From assembly GCA_963715465.1 (NCBI GenBank), contig OY970246.1:829969-893968 (forward strand): 64,000 bases of DNA, written 5' to 3'. Made by a program: the position numbers and the translations under genes. Source of the stretch: an uncultured Flavobacteriaceae bacterium (GTDB taxonomy: Bacteria > Bacteroidota > Bacteroidia > Flavobacteriales > Flavobacteriaceae). Below, piece by piece: positions 44,734-54,539 of the stretch. Position 1 is the first letter of the stretch, and the number at the start of each line of letters is the position of its first letter. The notes below the pieces were generated by a model. It was given only the letters and a program-made list of their open reading frames with translations, did no database searches and was not told where the DNA came from.

Positions 44734-45870
44734 ATGCGAGTATTTTGGGTTTTCATCATAGTGTTCTTCAGTATTTTTTCTGAAGCGCAACCGACGGTTT
44801 TACAAAAAGCGGATAGTTTATATGCCAACGGAAATTTCAGTAAAGCCATAGCGGTTTATAAAACACATAACGATCAATCCTTAGTTTATGAGCGTTTGGC
44901 AAAAGCCTACGTGGCTATCGGGAATTATGACTTAGGTCTGCAAAATTATGAGGCTAGTGTAAACAGTAATCCCGACAATGCCTTACTAATATATGACTAC
45001 GCAAAGCTTTTGTCACGCACTAAAAACTATGAAAAAGCGACCCAATACTTCAACGACCTTGTATATATAGATTATAAAAATCCCAACTATCATTATGAGT
45101 TAGGTGTGGCGCTTGAAAAACGAAATGACTCAACGGCGATAAACCGGTTTCGATCTGCTTATGATTTAGACAATACTCATCAAAAGGCCATTTTTAAAAT
45201 CGCTAAGCATTTTTTAATCAAACGAAAACACGAGCTGTCGCATCAATATATTGATAAAGGTCTGGAGAGCTATGAAAATAATCTCGAACTTATTAGCTTA
45301 AAGGCGCAAAATTATTACTACCAAGATGATTACAAAAATGCGAAAACTTGGTTGTTAAAGTTGATTGATCTAGGAGAGTCATCTGAGTTTATCCATGAAA
45401 AACTTAGCATCATCTATGCCGATTTCTCAGAGTATGAGCTGGCCATTGAGCAGCGAAAGTTGATGCTCAAAATAAATCCGTTAGACGCTAATTCAATGCT
45501 TCTCATTGGCTATTATTATGACAGTCTCAAAGATTACATCAAGGCCGAAGGCTATCTCAAGCAAGCACTTACATTAAAAGACGTCGTCTTAGATTATGAA
45601 TATCAAAAACTGGGTACGGTTTTAAACCGTCAAGATAAGCATAAAGAGGCTATTGCGGCCTTTCAAAAATCACTAAAGGAAAATCCCGATAATATAAGTT
45701 CAGAATTTTATATCATTTCTACGAAGGACAAATTCTATGTAGATTTTGATAATAAAATCAACCTTTACGAAGATTTCAAGGCAAAATATCCCGATACGTT
45801 TTACGCACAATTTGCCGAGCGTCGCATAAAGGAGCTCAAAGAAGAAAAGTTTTTAAAGGCACAGGACTAA
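44734..45870 (+). CDS. Secreted tetratricopeptide-repeat protein
   Basis: Signal peptide plus multiple 34-residue A/Y/L-patterned repeats. The ATG directly abuts the M56 gene stop. Confidence 0.75.
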   Translation: MRVFWVFIIVFFSIFSEAQPTVLQKADSLYANGNFSKAIAVYKTHNDQSLVYERLAKAYVAIGNYDLGLQNYEASVNSNPDNALLIYDYAKLLSRTKNYEKATQYFNDLVYIDYKNPNYHYELGVALEKRNDSTAINRFRSAYDLDNTHQKAIFKIAKHFLIKRKHELSHQYIDKGLESYENNLELISLKAQNYYYQDDYKNAKTWLLKLIDLGESSEFIHEKLSIIYADFSEYELAIEQRKLMLKINPLDANSMLLIGYYYDSLKDYIKAEGYLKQALTLKDVVLDYEYQKLGTVLNRQDKHKEAIAAFQKSLKENPDNISSEFYIISTKDKFYVDFDNKINLYEDFKAKYPDTFYAQFAERRIKELKEEKFLKAQD

Positions 45871-45921
45871 AGCTTAGGCATAGCTAAAAAAATTGTATTT
45901 TTCGGTTTCAGTTATAGGATC

Positions 45922-46398
45922 ATGAACCGCTATTTGCTATTATTGTTTTTCTGTGCCTTTTGTTCTTGCGATTATTTCGACAAGAAAAAAGTCTATACTA
46001 AAGATCTACTCGAGGAAGAGCTGCAAGCATTCAATTGGAAAGATGTTGATGAATACCCAACATTTACGTCATGTGATTCCACTTCAGGAAAAATTGAGCA
46101 GAAACACTGTTTTGAAACGACCTTGCGACGTATTTTAAATACCAATCTCGCGAAGCATCACATCATGGTGACCTCAGAAATACATGATACCATCCACCTT
46201 AAGATAACGATAAATAATAAAGGTGTTTTTTTTATTGATTCTATCCAAAGTAGCGTAATGACAAAAAGTGAAATTCCGCAACTAGACAGTCTGTTAAGAC
46301 ATAGCCTAAGCAACTTGCCTAAAATCTATCCTGCCATAAAAAGAAGTCAGCAGGTAACAACCCAATTTAGTCTTCCTGTGATTATCAAAATAGAATAA
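45922..46398 (+). CDS. Small lipoprotein with a TonB-C-like domain
   Basis: Lipobox-like FCSC. VDEYPTFTSCDS...KHCFETTLRRIL...LKITINNKGVF parallels the C-terminal domain of the adjacent M56 protein. Confidence 0.5.
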   Translation: MNRYLLLLFFCAFCSCDYFDKKKVYTKDLLEEELQAFNWKDVDEYPTFTSCDSTSGKIEQKHCFETTLRRILNTNLAKHHIMVTSEIHDTIHLKITINNKGVFFIDSIQSSVMTKSEIPQLDSLLRHSLSNLPKIYPAIKRSQQVTTQFSLPVIIKIE

Positions 46399-46412
46399 TC
46401 ATGTTTCAAATT

Positions 46413-47270
46413 TTATAAATTGATCTTGTAACCTACGGTAAAGTTAGTTGAGAAATTACCTTTATTATCTAAAAATATAGCAAACAGTTCATTATAAGCG
46501 AGGGTGACAAAACTGTTTTCGGTCACGCGTATATCGGCTCCAATTCCAAAGATAAATGGAATGTCAAACGAGGTTTCATTAAATTCTTCGCTGATAATGC
46601 TGTCGTCCTCTATTGTGGTGACTTCAGCATTCGAAAAATTCAAGGTGGCAAATTTCATATTTCCGTAGAGACTATAACACTTTTTATTAATAGCTCTAAA
46701 ACGATACCCCAAGGCAATTTCTGTGGTTGAATATTTAATATATTCTTGTTCCAAAACATGTTTAAACTGAAGAAAAAGCGCGTGTCTCGATGCCTCATTG
46801 ATATCTAAAACCTCAAGTTCCCCTCCAAATAATGGCGTTGATTCATTATCGGGATTGGTAATAAATGGGCTGTTGGTGATCCCGCCAAATATGCCAACTC
46901 TTAGCTTAAGTCTTTTTTGGTTGGGCGCAACAACATAATCACTATTTTGTTGACCGTTATAAATGTCAATATAATCCTTGAGACTGGAACGGGTAAATTT
47001 GACATTAGAAGTTGGAACAGTAGCGTTGGTGAGGTCGCTAAGCGTCAATTTATAGTTGTTTTGATCGGTATCAAAAAGTTCGGTTAATTCACCATTTTCT
47101 TGTCTTACAAAAAACCGATAGTCCCTATTTACAATCGTCCAAAATAAATCGAGCTTACCATCGACGGCTTGTTTCAGTTCTAAAGGTTCACCATTAACAA
47201 CCATAGTCTCTTGCGCTTTTGCAAACGAAAAGCAAACTAGAAGACAGAATATACAGGTAAATTTTTTCAT
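46413..47270 (-). CDS. Secreted hypothetical protein, possibly an outer-membrane beta-barrel
   Basis: Signal peptide ending AKAQ, alternating beta-strand pattern and an aromatic-rich C-terminus (FTVGYKINL). Confidence 0.4.
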   Translation of the reverse strand: MKKFTCIFCLLVCFSFAKAQETMVVNGEPLELKQAVDGKLDLFWTIVNRDYRFFVRQENGELTELFDTDQNNYKLTLSDLTNATVPTSNVKFTRSSLKDYIDIYNGQQNSDYVVAPNQKRLKLRVGIFGGITNSPFITNPDNESTPLFGGELEVLDINEASRHALFLQFKHVLEQEYIKYSTTEIALGYRFRAINKKCYSLYGNMKFATLNFSNAEVTTIEDDSIISEEFNETSFDIPFIFGIGADIRVTENSFVTLAYNELFAIFLDNKGNFSTNFTVGYKINL

Positions 47271-47322
47271 TGTGATTGGGTTTCAAATTAGGTAAATCTA
47301 ACAAAAATAAATGAGTCTAGCA

Positions 47323-48450
47323 CTATTTCATAAAGGCTCTGTCTTTCCATCTGTAGCCTTTAAAAAGCGATGTAAAAGCGATGTAAACATTAAAAAAAGG
47401 GTAGAACAAACTAGAAAAAAAATAAGACGATAGATACCGTTCTTGACCAAAAAACCGAGCCGATTTAAACAATAGTAAAAAATCAATGAGGCATTTTACG
47501 GCAAAGGCATAAGCTAGAGTTTTTAAGCTAATCACCTGTAAAAGCCATAGCAAAGGCAAACAAACGAGCAAACTATTCATAAGTAACACTAAAAAGCCAG
47601 TGAGCTTCCCAAAGGCATTTTTATAATGCGTCGTTTTTGCTGCCCAACGCACGCGTTGCGACTTTAAAGCCTTAAAATTAGGCTGGGACGTAGTGGTGAC
47701 GATAGCTTGATCATGTTTTACATAGAGCACAGCGCTTTGATCCCGTTTGACAGCTTTCTCCAACATAAAAATATCGTCGCCGCTGGCGATGTCAGTATTT
47801 CCATCAAAACCATTGAGGCTACGAAATATGTCTTTTGTATAAGCGAGATTAGCGCCATTGCATAAAAATGGTTTTCCAACTCCAAAACCACCAATAGTCG
47901 CACCTTGCAGACTCAGGATATCCAGCAATTGAAAGCGCTCAAAAAAGGAATTGGCCAAATTAAAGGTCACAGGTGCAACCAGCATCTTGGCATCTGTCGT
48001 ACGAATAGCGTGATCAAAAACATCAAGCCAATAAACCGGTAATTCACAATCGGCATCTGTGGTGACAATCCAATCGTATTTTGCCAAATCTATAGCTTTG
48101 GTAATGGCATCTTTTTTTGGGGAATTGGTGATACGTTTATTTTTTACTACGGAAATATTAACGAATTTGAATTGGCGTACAAAATCAGAAATTATAGCGA
48201 CCGAATTATCAGTAGATTCATCGTCCACGAACAGAATTTCAAATAACGGCATAGGGTATTCTAGCTGAGCGATCGATTTTAATAATTGCGGTAAATTTTC
48301 AGCTTCATTTCTAAAAGGAATAACAATAGAAAATTTTGTGGTTACCACAGCGTCTTTCAATTGAAGCACAGGAACTTTGTCAAACCCAATAACAAAACTG
48401 CCAATAAGTAAGACATAAGACAGTGTAATAATAAATATAATAATAAGCAT
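47323..48450 (-). CDS. GT2-family glycosyltransferase with C-terminal TM segments
   Basis: FSIVIPFRNE, FVDDESTD, TDADC and GDD motifs. Its start overlaps the upstream stop (TAATG). Confidence 0.8.
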   Translation of the reverse strand: MLIIIFIITLSYVLLIGSFVIGFDKVPVLQLKDAVVTTKFSIVIPFRNEAENLPQLLKSIAQLEYPMPLFEILFVDDESTDNSVAIISDFVRQFKFVNISVVKNKRITNSPKKDAITKAIDLAKYDWIVTTDADCELPVYWLDVFDHAIRTTDAKMLVAPVTFNLANSFFERFQLLDILSLQGATIGGFGVGKPFLCNGANLAYTKDIFRSLNGFDGNTDIASGDDIFMLEKAVKRDQSAVLYVKHDQAIVTTTSQPNFKALKSQRVRWAAKTTHYKNAFGKLTGFLVLLMNSLLVCLPLLWLLQVISLKTLAYAFAVKCLIDFLLLFKSARFFGQERYLSSYFFSSLFYPFFNVYIAFTSLFKGYRWKDRAFMK

Positions 48451-49421
48451 TAATCGTCTGTTTTAGGAAGGTTGAAATTTAGCACATAATAACTGCCAAA
48501 CACACTTGGGAGCACAAAATTTAGCACCCACATGATCATGACAATGCTCAATATGGTGAAAGCATTAATGCCAGCAAGCGAAAACAGATAAACGGCAACA
48601 CTACCTTTTACCACAACATCAAAAATGAATATAGACGGAAGCACTGAAACCAATAGATACATAGTCGTGATAATAGTCATGGCTTCAAGATAGTTGAAGT
48701 CCACTCCAAAGAGAAGAAGCAGCACGTAAAATTGAAACGAGAAAATGGAGTATCTTATAAGGGACAATACTATGATATAAACGTGAAGGTTCAAGGATAA
48801 ACTTAAAAAGAATACTTTCAATTTTTCTAAGGAAAATCCTTTGATTTTAAATTTAGTTTGTCTCAAGCCAAAAGCAACAAACGCTAAGATACTGACTACT
48901 ATAATCATCAAATAACTCAATTTGGTCGTATTAATATTGAGGTCGTAACTTAGATACATTAACCACAAACCGATACTTCCAAAAACAAGTGTTGTCGCCA
49001 TTTGGCTCACATTGCCTAATAAGTTAAGAAGCATAACTTGCTTACGTTGGCCGGCCCGAAAATAAATAGCTTTGGCGCCATATTCACCAATGCGATTTGG
49101 TGTTAAAAGAGACGCGGTCAATGCGGCCAAACTTTGTTCTAAAGCCTTTTTAATTGAAATTGATGTGATAGAACGCACCAGCGTTTGCCATTTGAGTATT
49201 TCAAAAAACCAATTAAACCCAGTTAAAAGGAGTAAAAAAATGATGGTTTTGAGTGAAAATACGTGACTTTCTTTTAAAAATGACCAAAACTGTTTGATAT
49301 TGAATTCGGTATTATGAATTATTTTTTGATAGATGAGGTAAAATGCAGCAATGACAATACTTAATTTAATAAGTACAAAAAAGAATTGTTTAGTTTTGTA
49401 AGGAAGGCTGTCAAAATGCAT
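48450..49421 (-). CDS. Flippase-like / lysylphosphatidylglycerol-synthase TM-region (UPF0104) family membrane protein
   Basis: About eight hydrophobic segments and a PNRIGEYG-type motif. Translationally coupled to the GT2 gene. Confidence 0.5.
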   Translation of the reverse strand: MHFDSLPYKTKQFFFVLIKLSIVIAAFYLIYQKIIHNTEFNIKQFWSFLKESHVFSLKTIIFLLLLTGFNWFFEILKWQTLVRSITSISIKKALEQSLAALTASLLTPNRIGEYGAKAIYFRAGQRKQVMLLNLLGNVSQMATTLVFGSIGLWLMYLSYDLNINTTKLSYLMIIVVSILAFVAFGLRQTKFKIKGFSLEKLKVFFLSLSLNLHVYIIVLSLIRYSIFSFQFYVLLLLFGVDFNYLEAMTIITTMYLLVSVLPSIFIFDVVVKGSVAVYLFSLAGINAFTILSIVMIMWVLNFVLPSVFGSYYVLNFNLPKTDD

Positions 49422-49466
49422 AAAGCCACAATGAGTTCTTGGTACAAATTAAACCATTATAATGTT

Positions 49467-50105
49467 ATGACCTCAAATTATCGACTTCAAAAACTGAGTA
49501 TTTTAGTGTTCGTTGTGTTCTGCATCACGAATACTTACGGTCAAAAATCAACAAATACTTGGAAAGCCCAAATATCATTAGGAGTTAATAGCCCGTCGCA
49601 ATCTGGTTTTGTCGAGGGTTTTGAAGCAAAGCCAGTCAATTTCCCAACGGTTAATCTTGGTGTTCAGCGTATGTTTACTAGACAATATGGCGCTAAATTA
49701 GACTTTGGGTTCAACCGGTTTTCAAGTAGTGATACTTCCGTAGAGTTTAAAACCAATTACACACGTCTCAACGTCCAATTTATATATGACCCTACTGAGT
49801 TGATAGGCTTTCTTCCGCAGCGCATCGGTATAGTCGCCCACGCAGGACCAGGGTATACATTTGTAAAACCTTTAGGTGATTTTGGAGATAACAACAACTC
49901 GTTTTTTAATGCGATGGGTGGTTTGGAGTTTCACTACGGAATAACAGAATACATGTCTGCCTTTGTCGATACCTCCTATATTTTAGGTTTTGGTAAAGAT
50001 TTTGATCCGGTGACCGAAGGCTTTGGCTCCTTCAACGGAAACTTGCTCACGGTAAGTTTCGGACTCACATTTTCATTAAGCGGCTGTGAATACTGTAATC
50101 AATGA
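49467..50105 (+). CDS. Outer-membrane beta-barrel (porin-family) protein
   Basis: Signal peptide KLSILVFVVFCITNTYGQ and an alternating strand pattern. Start at MTSNY (49467) is preferred over the track start, which would overlap the divergent gene. Confidence 0.5.
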   Translation: MTSNYRLQKLSILVFVVFCITNTYGQKSTNTWKAQISLGVNSPSQSGFVEGFEAKPVNFPTVNLGVQRMFTRQYGAKLDFGFNRFSSSDTSVEFKTNYTRLNVQFIYDPTELIGFLPQRIGIVAHAGPGYTFVKPLGDFGDNNNSFFNAMGGLEFHYGITEYMSAFVDTSYILGFGKDFDPVTEGFGSFNGNLLTVSFGLTFSLSGCEYCNQ

Positions 50106-50656
50106 GCAACGAAAAAATAATATTGGGCATTGATCCAGGAACAACGATTATGGGTTTTGGGATCATTAAAGTCGTTGGGAAAAAGATGACCTTTTTACAA
50201 TTGAATGAATTGGATTTAAAAAAATACTCCGATCATTATCTCAAGCTCAAACTTATTTTTGAGAGAACCGTTGAGCTTATCGACACCCACCATCCCGATG
50301 AAATCGCAATTGAAGCGCCTTTCTTTGGGAAAAACGTGCAGAGTATGCTCAAGCTTGGTCGTGCACAAGGGGTCGCCATGGCAGCTGGATTATCAAGAGA
50401 AGTACCTATTACCGAGTATGCACCAAAAAAAATTAAAATGGCGATCACTGGTAATGGTAATGCCAGCAAGGAACAAGTAGCAAGGATGCTTCAAAGTTTA
50501 CTCGGCTTAAAAACCCTACCAAAAAATCTGGACTCTATGGATGGTTTGGCTGCTGCAGTATGTCATTTCTACAATCAAGGTCGCATTGAGATTGGTAAAA
50601 GCTATTCTGGTTGGGGTGCTTTTGTAAAACAAAATGAGGATCGGGTGAAGAAGTAG
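50102..50656 (+). CDS. ruvC: Crossover junction endodeoxyribonuclease RuvC
   Basis: ILGIDPGTTIMGFG at the N-terminus, catalytic acidic residues (IEAPFFG) and a length of 184 aa. Confidence 0.9.
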   Translation: MSNEKIILGIDPGTTIMGFGIIKVVGKKMTFLQLNELDLKKYSDHYLKLKLIFERTVELIDTHHPDEIAIEAPFFGKNVQSMLKLGRAQGVAMAAGLSREVPITEYAPKKIKMAITGNGNASKEQVARMLQSLLGLKTLPKNLDSMDGLAAAVCHFYNQGRIEIGKSYSGWGAFVKQNEDRVKK

Positions 50657-50772
50657 TTTTTTGAGATTAGTCGCAGTCGCAGTTTTCAGTGGTGCAATTA
50701 TAATTGGGGGTTCATTTTCTTTTTCCTCCGTGAATCTCTGTGGTTCTCTGTGCAACTCTGTGTAATAACCAT

Positions 50773-50780
50773 TATTTTTG
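50773..50780 (+). promoter_or_regulatory. Candidate -7 box (TATTTTTG) upstream of hemW
   Basis: TAnnTTTG match, 40 nt upstream of the ATG at 50821. Confidence 0.35.
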
Positions 50781-50820
50781 CAGTTCCAACCACACCACCA
50801 AACGGAGACTGAAAACTAAT

Positions 50821-51993
50821 ATGAGCGGCATCTACATCCACATTCCATTTTGCAAACAAGCCTGTCATTACTGTGATTTTCATTTTTCGACCTCATTAAA
50901 AAAAAGAGATGAATTAGTCAAAGCTTTAGCCAAGGAGTTGGAAATGCGCAAATCTGAATTTCAAAACACGACGGTCGAAACCATTTATTTTGGTGGTGGC
51001 ACGCCTTCTCTTTTAAGTGTCAAGGAACTTGAATTTTTGATTCAGCAGTTGTACGCGCATTATAACGTTTCCGAAGCCCCAGAAATTACCCTTGAAGCTA
51101 ATCCTGATGATTTAATCGAAGCACAACGGTCGCCTCAAGCACATGCCAATGATCACAGCTCTAAATCCGTTTTTCAAGCGTACAGGCGTATTGGTATTAA
51201 TCGTTTGTCAATTGGGATTCAATCCTTTTTTGAGGAGGATCTAAAATTGATGAATCGTGCGCACAATACCAAAGATGCTAAAACGTGTTTAGAGGAGGCG
51301 ACACGCTATTTTGATAATATTTCTATCGATCTCATATACGGGATTCCAGGCTCTAGTAATGCCCAGTGGCTGGAGAATGTTAATTTAGCGCTCAGTTATA
51401 AAATCCCACATATTTCGAGTTATGCTCTCACGGTCGAACCAAAAACAGCATTAAAAACCTTTATTGACAAAGGAATTATTTCTAATGTTGATGACGCTTC
51501 GGCCGAGGCTCAATTTCAGATTTTAGTGAACACTCTAAAAGCTCACGGTTTTATACATTATGAATTATCTAACTTCGGAAGGGAGGGGTTTTTCAGTAGA
51601 AATAATTCGGCCTATTGGCAGGGAAAGTCGTATTTGGGCATTGGTCCCTCTGCTCATTCTTTTAATGGCAACGAGCGAAGCTGGAATATTAGAAACAACT
51701 CCAAATACATTGCTGCTATTGAGGCTGGCAAATTTCCGAAGGAAACCGAAGTTTTAAGCATCACCGATAAATACAACGAATATGTCATGACAGGTTTGCG
51801 AACTATTTGGGGTGTTTACATGCCGCATGTGGTGTCTCGATATGGCGAAGATTATAAATCCTATTTATTAGAACAGGCCGATACTTATATACAGCAACAA
51901 TTATTGTATATTGAAAACGAAAGGCTCTTGGTTACTAAAAAAGGACAGTTTTTAAGTGATGGGATTGCAGCGAGCCTATTTCGACTGAACTGA
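50821..51993 (+). CDS. hemW: Radical SAM heme chaperone HemW (HemN-like, oxygen-independent coproporphyrinogen oxidase family)
   Basis: MSGIYIHIPFCKQACHYCDF contains the CxxxCxxC radical SAM motif, followed by GGGTPS. ATG at 50821 preferred. Confidence 0.9.
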   Translation: MSGIYIHIPFCKQACHYCDFHFSTSLKKRDELVKALAKELEMRKSEFQNTTVETIYFGGGTPSLLSVKELEFLIQQLYAHYNVSEAPEITLEANPDDLIEAQRSPQAHANDHSSKSVFQAYRRIGINRLSIGIQSFFEEDLKLMNRAHNTKDAKTCLEEATRYFDNISIDLIYGIPGSSNAQWLENVNLALSYKIPHISSYALTVEPKTALKTFIDKGIISNVDDASAEAQFQILVNTLKAHGFIHYELSNFGREGFFSRNNSAYWQGKSYLGIGPSAHSFNGNERSWNIRNNSKYIAAIEAGKFPKETEVLSITDKYNEYVMTGLRTIWGVYMPHVVSRYGEDYKSYLLEQADTYIQQQLLYIENERLLVTKKGQFLSDGIAASLFRLN

Positions 51994-51998
51994 ATTTT

Positions 51999-52748
51999 AT
52001 GATTACAACCATACACTACAACTCAAGAAAGCTGGTCATTGATTTGTCAAAACCCTTGGATATTTCTATTCCAATGCGAGCCTCAAAATCCAATGTAAAT
52101 GCTTGGTATATCGATGAACCCAAGATAGAACCCGTACAATTTGACGAGAATATTATGACGGTTGCTCAAGGTGCCGCTGTGAATTTCAATACGATAGAAT
52201 TTAATCCTCATGCTCATGGCACCCATACCGAATGCGTTGGTCATATTACCGAAGAATTTCATTCCGTCAATCAAAATTTAAAGCAGTTTTTCTTTGTAGC
52301 CGAAGTGGTTACCGTCGCTCCAGAGAAATTGATGAAAGATACCGTAATCTCAAAAAAACAGTTGCAGTTTGCCCTTGGAAATAAAAAGCGCGATGCCATT
52401 GTTATCAGAACCATCCCGAATTTAACCGATAAATTATCACGTCAACATTCTCACACCAATTGGACCTATTTAAAGCAAGATGCGGCAGAATTTCTAGTCA
52501 AGAAAGGCATAAAGCACTTGCTCATCGATTTGCCCAGTGTAGATCGTGAAGAGGATGGTGGTGAACTAAGAGCGCATAAGGCGTTTTGGAACTTTGAAGG
52601 GAAACTGCGAAAAGACGCCACAATCACTGAGCTTATTTATGTGCCCAATCATGTCGAGGATGGTGAGTATGTCCTCAACCTTCAAATTGCGCCTTTTGAA
52701 AATGATGCCTCGCCAAGTAAGCCCATTTTATTTAAGGTTTTTAAATAA
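51999..52748 (+). CDS. Cyclase-family protein (kynurenine formamidase-like fold)
   Basis: HAHGTHTECVGH metal-binding-type motif; ~250 aa. Confidence 0.6.
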   Translation: MITTIHYNSRKLVIDLSKPLDISIPMRASKSNVNAWYIDEPKIEPVQFDENIMTVAQGAAVNFNTIEFNPHAHGTHTECVGHITEEFHSVNQNLKQFFFVAEVVTVAPEKLMKDTVISKKQLQFALGNKKRDAIVIRTIPNLTDKLSRQHSHTNWTYLKQDAAEFLVKKGIKHLLIDLPSVDREEDGGELRAHKAFWNFEGKLRKDATITELIYVPNHVEDGEYVLNLQIAPFENDASPSKPILFKVFK

Positions 52749-52844
52749 TATGGTATAGTTTTTTACGCCGAAATACAAAAAAACAGCTTTACATTTGAAC
52801 GTCAATTACAATGTATTTCAAATCTTAAAGTATGACACATCACT

Positions 52845-53453
52845 ATGGAAACATTTTTTATAATTATATTAAGCATTTTGGTAACCCTTGGAGTAGTGAC
52901 TGTATTTAAGCAGTTTAAGCTCAAAAAACAAACCAATTCACAATCGGTTATTTTATTGGATAAGATCAAAAAGGTGTGCAAATTTATTACGGTCGAGGGC
53001 GATTTTGCCGAAATTTACCATTATGAAGATGTTAAGCAACGCTTTTTAAAATTGATTGTAAGCAAAAAGAAAGCCCTCGTCGTCATTAATGCGAAGGCTC
53101 ATGTTGGATTCGATTTATCCAAAATTGAAATGGACTCAGATGTCAACACCAAAACAGTAACACTCTTTCATTTTCCACAACCTGAAGTATTGAGCATTGA
53201 GACCGATTTAAATTATTACGATAAGACCGACGGTATGTTCAATAAATTTGAAGCTAGAGATTTAACCGGTTTGCATAACGAAGCCAAATTGCATATCATG
53301 AACAAAGTTCCAGAAAGTGGGCTATATGACATCGCAAAACGAGAAGCTCTAGAATCGGTGCTACTCATCGAGGGCATTGTTGAAACCATTGGTTGGAAGC
53401 TTGATTATTCTGCTCTTAAAATGGAGGCGGAAGAGCAAAAAGTACTTAGGTAG
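52845..53453 (+). CDS. DUF4230-like membrane-anchored protein
   Basis: Single N-terminal TM followed by a TVEGDFAEIYHYED-type region, as in DUF4230. Confidence 0.45.
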   Translation: METFFIIILSILVTLGVVTVFKQFKLKKQTNSQSVILLDKIKKVCKFITVEGDFAEIYHYEDVKQRFLKLIVSKKKALVVINAKAHVGFDLSKIEMDSDVNTKTVTLFHFPQPEVLSIETDLNYYDKTDGMFNKFEARDLTGLHNEAKLHIMNKVPESGLYDIAKREALESVLLIEGIVETIGWKLDYSALKMEAEEQKVLR

Positions 53454-53504
53454 CTACTGGTTGACTTCCGAAAAAAAGAGAGCAGGTTTTATTTAAAACG
53501 TACG

Positions 53505-53523
53505 TTTCCGAAGAAAAAAAAGA
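53505..53523 (+). repeat. 19-nt dispersed motif TTTCCGAAGAAAAAAAAGA, copy 1
   Basis: Identical 19-mers occur at 57796-57814 (+) and 54540-54558 (-). Confidence 0.9.
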
Positions 53524-53528
53524 AAGCA

Positions 53529-53894
53529 ATGAACATTGAACAGTTTAGAGACTATTGCTTGCATAAAAAGGCTGTGACAGAGCATTTTCCGTTTGATGAA
53601 CATACGCTCGTGTTTAAAGTCGCGGGTAAAATGTTTGCTCTGGCAAACTTGAAAAAGTGGGAGGAAGGTGACGCTTTTATCAATTTAAAATGTGATCCTG
53701 ATTATGCCTTAGAATTGAGAGAAAGCTACGCAAGTATCCAACCTGGTTACCACATGCACAAACAACAATGGAATAGCGTCTATCTGCACAACAACGACTT
53801 GCCTCCACAATTAATTACATCGCTCATTGATCACTCGCATGAGATGGTGATTAAGGGCATGACGAAAAAATTAAGGGATAGCTTGAAGGATTGA
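53529..53894 (+). CDS. MmcQ/YjbR-family DNA-binding protein
   Basis: FPFDEHTLVFKVAGKMFA...NLKCDP...GYHMHKQQWNSV matches the YjbR-family pattern. Confidence 0.7.
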   Translation: MNIEQFRDYCLHKKAVTEHFPFDEHTLVFKVAGKMFALANLKKWEEGDAFINLKCDPDYALELRESYASIQPGYHMHKQQWNSVYLHNNDLPPQLITSLIDHSHEMVIKGMTKKLRDSLKD

Positions 53895-53958
53895 GCCAGA
53901 TGCATTTCTAGATTAGGTTGAATTGTCCCAAAACGCTATCATTGCAAAAACATAATTT

Positions 53959-54537
53959 ATGAGCGTTTTACAAACTCTACAAGACCGAAGTAATACCACC
54001 TGCGAGTTATGCACTAGCAAAAAGGATCTCAGGCAATATACAATCCCACCATCATTAAACGAAAATGTTGCGAACGATATTTTAGTTTGCAGCACTTGCT
54101 TAGATCAAATTGAAGGGAGAGAAGACATGGATCCCAACCATTGGCGTTGTCTCAATGACAGTATGTGGAGCGAACATGTCGCTGTTCAGATTATGGCTTG
54201 GCGCATCTTGCAGCGGTTACGAAAACAAGGCTGGCCTCAAGATCTATTGGATATGATGTATCTGGACGAGGAGGCTATGGCGTTGGCAAGAGCCACCGGC
54301 GAACATGAAGAAGAAGCCGATAGGATTATTCACCGTGACGCCAACGGTGTGATTTTGGAGTCGGGAGATGCGGTCGTGTTAGTCAAGGATTTAAAAGTTA
54401 AAGGGTCAAGTATGGTTGCCAAACAAGGTACTGCGGTTAGAAATATTCGTTTGGACCACGAAAATGCCGAGTATATTGAAGGCAAGGTCGATGGCCAACA
54501 AATCGTCATCATCACCCAATACGTCAAAAAATTGTAA
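53959..54537 (+). CDS. phnA: PhnA-family zinc-ribbon protein
   Basis: N-terminal CELC...CSTC zinc ribbon. The C-terminal DANGVILESGDAVVLVKDLKVKGSS...GTAVRNIRL region is the PhnA domain. Confidence 0.8.
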   Translation: MSVLQTLQDRSNTTCELCTSKKDLRQYTIPPSLNENVANDILVCSTCLDQIEGREDMDPNHWRCLNDSMWSEHVAVQIMAWRILQRLRKQGWPQDLLDMMYLDEEAMALARATGEHEEEADRIIHRDANGVILESGDAVVLVKDLKVKGSSMVAKQGTAVRNIRLDHENAEYIEGKVDGQQIVIITQYVKKL

Positions 54538-54539
54538 GA

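Noticed and set aside
53959-54537. phnA as a marker of a phosphonate-utilisation operon.
   Set aside because: No phn C-P lyase or phosphonatase genes are adjacent. Stand-alone PhnA-family zinc-ribbon proteins are widespread and are not diagnostic of phosphonate metabolism.
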